From Erysipelotrichaceae bacterium (lineage in GTDB: Bacteria > Bacillota_I > Bacilli_A > Erysipelotrichales > Erysipelotrichaceae), in the NCBI GenBank assembly GCA_029101345.1, contig JAQXQU010000013.1, positions 5,918 to 69,917 of the forward strand: a stretch of DNA of 64,000 bases. The letters are read 5' to 3'. Within the stretch, counting starts at the first letter, position 1; each line of letters begins with the position of its first letter. Positions 61,012 through 64,000 of the stretch are shown piece after piece. A program made the translations under genes and the position numbers. The notes beneath the pieces were generated by a model. That model worked only from the letters and a program-made list of their open reading frames with translations. It was not told the origin of the DNA and did no database searches.

Positions 61012-63951
61012 ATGATTAGAAAACTTCTGCTAACAGCACTGATGATTGCCTTGATGTCAACAATTGTTGGCATTTTCGGCATGAATGAAGTCAGAGCTGC
61101 CAACTATTATGACTATGGCTGTGGTGTTGATTATGAAGTTTCCTATATTGAAGATGATGGTTCACTTAGCAAGGTTTCCTGCCATTCAAACTTTGCAGAG
61201 GCCAAGAAGAAGATGCAAAGCTTAGGCGAAGATTATGTAGTAAGAAATGCCAATTCGCTTTCACCTACCAAGATTATTGCCATGAATTCAGGTATTGCCT
61301 ACTCCTATCCTACAAGAAGTGGCAGCAGTACCATGACCATCTATTCAACGCCTAACTATAAGAATGAAGCTTATAAGACTACATATGTTTCCATCCATTA
61401 TGAGATGTTCTATTACGATACGGAAAGAATCGTCACGAATGGCGGTCTTGGCATGATTGAAGTTGAACTTAATGGCTTCAGAGGCTATTGTGATCTGGAA
61501 TATACAGATCTTGTTCCGATGAAATATATCAGGAACAGCATACCAATCTGGCTAGGTGGCAATGACAAGACATCAGAAAATGAACAGCCATTCAAGACCA
61601 TTTGCCGTCAGAACTATTTTGAAGTGACCAAAAATGGCAACTATTATGATCTGGTATTCCATTTTTATCGTGCATATCATAGTCCTGGACTGCCTGGCTA
61701 TGAACCAGTAGCTTCGGCTATTGCTATTGGTCCAGCTATGGATTTCATGAAGACAGGAGTCAAGTACTACTCCAATGATGCAATCAGCTTTTATCTTGAT
61801 GACAATTTGACTGATTTTGCTGGAAAGGGCTACAACTATTACCAATTTCTGCCGCTTAGAACAAAATCTGATATTTCAGCCTCAACAATGGATAGCTATA
61901 TCATCCACAAGATGGGTGCAAGCACTAATTCAGTGATGAAGAATGCTGGTGCTGATTTTGTTAGCAATCAGGATATCTATGGCATGAATGCCGCACTTGT
62001 CTATGGGCTCTCGGTTCATGAATCAGCCTTTGGCACTTCCAGCTATGCCATCTATCGCAATAATCTTTTTGGTTGGAATGCCTTTGATTCCGATCCTTCC
62101 AAAGCAACCTACTTTGAAAGTGTTTCCCAAGCCATCAAGGAACATATGGGCATCAATTTGCGCAAATATATCAGCATAGAAGACTTCCGCTTCTTCAATT
62201 CTTCATTAGGAAACAAAGGGGCTGGCATTAATGTCAAATATGCATCCGACCCTTATTGGGGGCTGAAGATAGCATCCCATATCTATGGACTTGATAAATA
62301 CGCCAATGACAATAATGGCAAACTCACTGACTATAACAAATACAAGCTTGCGCTTGTTGAAAAGAAAGATGCAAAGGTCTATTCTGAGCCATCAACTGCT
62401 TCTGATGTACTTTATACTACTGGCTATGGCGATGACTATCAGAAGGATATGATTGTTGTTATTCTTGAGGAAATCGATGGCTTTACCAAGATTCAGACTA
62501 CAGATCCCGTGGGAAGTGATGGCAAAATCATTAGTGCTGAAACTGATGGCTTAGTAGAATATGATTTCGAAAGATCGGTAGGATATATCCTGACATCAGA
62601 TTTGCAATATCTGAATTGCAACAAGTCCTATGAAGTAGTTGCCGGAGATTATGTTGCCTATATCAAGGAGCTAAGCATTGATGAAAAAGGCATGCTGATA
62701 ATTAAGGGAGAGGCATATCGGCAGAATATTCCAAATGAGGAATATGAGGCAGCTATTTCCCTTATTCTGAAATCCAAGGATGAGCAAACCCTGGATATCA
62801 CCCAGATTACTGGCGCTGGTGATGCTTTAAGCTTCAGCAGTTGCCTTGACTTGTCTCTATTGGATGTTGGTGACTACAGTCTGATTGCAAGGACAAGCTA
62901 TAAGAATGAAGACTTCAATGGTGAGGCGGTTCTTGATAGTGATATTCTTCCACCTGTTTATTCAATTGAGGGCAAAATCATCAGTTTTAAGAACGATGAA
63001 GATGGGTTTGCTATCAAAATCGAAGAAGTTCCTAGTGAAGGATTTGAAGTTCTAACTTCATTAAGGGAAATGAAACTGGCTGATGGCTATCTTCAAATCA
63101 CTGGTGTAGCCGCTATTAAGGGCATTGATTTTGTTGATCAGGAACTGATCAGCCATTTGATTGTCTTGGAAAACTATAAGACTGGTGAAACCGTTGAATT
63201 TGCGGCCAAGACCATTGATGCTGGTGGCTATAATGTCAATGATGGCCATGACTATCAATATGCTGGCTTTGAAGCCAAAATTGCTTTATCAGATATTGCT
63301 AGTGGAGAATACCTGCTGAAGATCAAGGTCAAGAACAATGGCCTATCATCCCTGGCTTATCTCAAGTCCTCTAGATCTGAATTTACCGACAGGACTGCTA
63401 ATTATGATGACAAGCAGTTCAAGATCTGTGCTAATCCTCTATATGGTTATCGTCTTGAATTGTCATGTATCAGTACACCACTGGATTATCAGCTCATTAA
63501 CAAGCCTGATTCCCGCAACTCATTAAGTTCCTTCGATTCTATCAGCATTTCTGATGATCTTGAACTGATTATCAATGGCCATGCCATGATGTATTATCTT
63601 GATTACAGCGATGATGCTGAACTTGAATATGATGTTTATCTTGTCAAGGACAACAAAGACTATCGGAAGATGGAGACCGCTAATAAGGCATGCCCAGTTG
63701 ACTATAGCACTTTGCTGAATTCATCCTACGATATGTCAAACATCTGTTTTGAAGCCAAGACCAATATTCAGGATCTTGAAGGTGAATACCAGATTGTTGT
63801 TGCAATTGAAAATGGCGAGTATCTTGATTATGTTGAGATACCAAACCGTTCCTACCGCAAGACACCAAGCATTAAGCTTGATAACAAGAGCTTCGAAGTT
63901 CTGACGTCAGCTATCAGATATCGTCTTTATCTGAATATTACAGGAGAATAA
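61012..63951 (+). CDS. secreted multidomain peptidoglycan hydrolase (GH73 N-acetylglucosaminidase, SH3b-like domain, three C-terminal repeat modules)
   Basis: Signal peptide ending VRA-ANY. GH73 motifs LSVHESAFGTS, NNLFGWNAFD and YASDPYWG. 979 aa. Confidence 0.8.
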   Translation: MIRKLLLTALMIALMSTIVGIFGMNEVRAANYYDYGCGVDYEVSYIEDDGSLSKVSCHSNFAEAKKKMQSLGEDYVVRNANSLSPTKIIAMNSGIAYSYPTRSGSSTMTIYSTPNYKNEAYKTTYVSIHYEMFYYDTERIVTNGGLGMIEVELNGFRGYCDLEYTDLVPMKYIRNSIPIWLGGNDKTSENEQPFKTICRQNYFEVTKNGNYYDLVFHFYRAYHSPGLPGYEPVASAIAIGPAMDFMKTGVKYYSNDAISFYLDDNLTDFAGKGYNYYQFLPLRTKSDISASTMDSYIIHKMGASTNSVMKNAGADFVSNQDIYGMNAALVYGLSVHESAFGTSSYAIYRNNLFGWNAFDSDPSKATYFESVSQAIKEHMGINLRKYISIEDFRFFNSSLGNKGAGINVKYASDPYWGLKIASHIYGLDKYANDNNGKLTDYNKYKLALVEKKDAKVYSEPSTASDVLYTTGYGDDYQKDMIVVILEEIDGFTKIQTTDPVGSDGKIISAETDGLVEYDFERSVGYILTSDLQYLNCNKSYEVVAGDYVAYIKELSIDEKGMLIIKGEAYRQNIPNEEYEAAISLILKSKDEQTLDITQITGAGDALSFSSCLDLSLLDVGDYSLIARTSYKNEDFNGEAVLDSDILPPVYSIEGKIISFKNDEDGFAIKIEEVPSEGFEVLTSLREMKLADGYLQITGVAAIKGIDFVDQELISHLIVLENYKTGETVEFAAKTIDAGGYNVNDGHDYQYAGFEAKIALSDIASGEYLLKIKVKNNGLSSLAYLKSSRSEFTDRTANYDDKQFKICANPLYGYRLELSCISTPLDYQLINKPDSRNSLSSFDSISISDDLELIINGHAMMYYLDYSDDAELEYDVYLVKDNKDYRKMETANKACPVDYSTLLNSSYDMSNICFEAKTNIQDLEGEYQIVVAIENGEYLDYVEIPNRSYRKTPSIKLDNKSFEVLTSAIRYRLYLNITGE

Positions 63952-63952
63952 T

Positions 63953-64000
63953 ATGAAGAGTTTCTTTCAAAACAAGGCCAATATCCTTCTTTCCCTTGTC
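63953..64000 (+). CDS. start of a further CDS (3'-truncated by window edge), function unknown
   Basis: ATG 8 nt after AGGAGA. MKSFFQNKANILLSLV is open to the window end. Confidence 0.4.
   Translation, partial: MKSFFQNKANILLSLV

Noticed and set aside
1-64000. CRISPR arrays, tRNA/rRNA genes, IS elements, prophage or integrase-flanked islands
   Set aside because: I found no regularly spaced direct repeats, no cloverleaf-like or rRNA-like segments in the intergenic gaps (all gaps of 80 nt or more were inspected), and no transposase or phage-like ORFs. The only recombinase is the chromosomal xerC, which sits in its conserved topA-trmFO-xerC context.

Overview
This is about 64 kb of chromosome from a low-GC Gram-positive bacterium (Bacillota). 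Gene order and some Mollicutes-like traits hint at an Erysipelotrichia-type organism, but I cannot prove that from the sequence. The window is almost entirely core housekeeping. I call 64 CDS, and all but one (tmcAL) lie on the + strand.

Four gene blocks are syntenic with Bacillus subtilis:
- mraZ-rsmH-ftsL-pbp-mraY
- recJ-apt-relA-[T-box]-hisS-aspS
- ffh-rpsP-KH-rimM-trmD ... rplS-lepB-rbgA-rnhB-dprA-topA-trmFO-xerC
- rpsB-tsf-pyrH-frr-uppS-cdsA-dxr-rseP

Between these blocks sit a LivJHMGF-type amino-acid ABC transporter, a BMP/nucleoside-type ABC transporter, ptsI, yebC, miaB, RNase J, ftsK, an LTA synthase and galE.

Two real genes are missing from the ORF track because they are shorter than 60 aa: rpmF (8039-8185) and a 2x[4Fe-4S] ferredoxin (26529-26702). 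Many track ORFs carry spurious N-terminal extensions, and I re-set those starts from RBS position and N-terminal homology.

I see no rRNA, tRNA, CRISPR array, transposase, prophage or recognisable defence system, and no convincing novel mobile or defence island.

The signals most worth a second look are:
1. A recurring SD-less 'TATAAT-N6/8-ATG' arrangement at 6-7 genes, which suggests leaderless mRNAs. One case is a 22-bp divergent region built on a perfectly palindromic -10.
2. Four AGTGG boxes at exact 10-bp phase over the mraZ 5' end, a likely MraZ operator.
3. The 431-bp gap upstream of mraZ, which holds an orphan GC-rich terminator, an 11-mer direct repeat and a hydrophobic 19-codon sORF.
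4. A T-box leader before hisS-aspS in which a hand fold puts GAC (Asp), not a His codon, at the specifier position.
5. The last 4.3 kb: a highly palindromic, very AT-rich region followed by a Phd/YefM-like small protein that is translationally coupled to a membrane-anchored protein and a 979-aa GH73 wall hydrolase. This is the best candidate for an undescribed module, but the evidence is modest.
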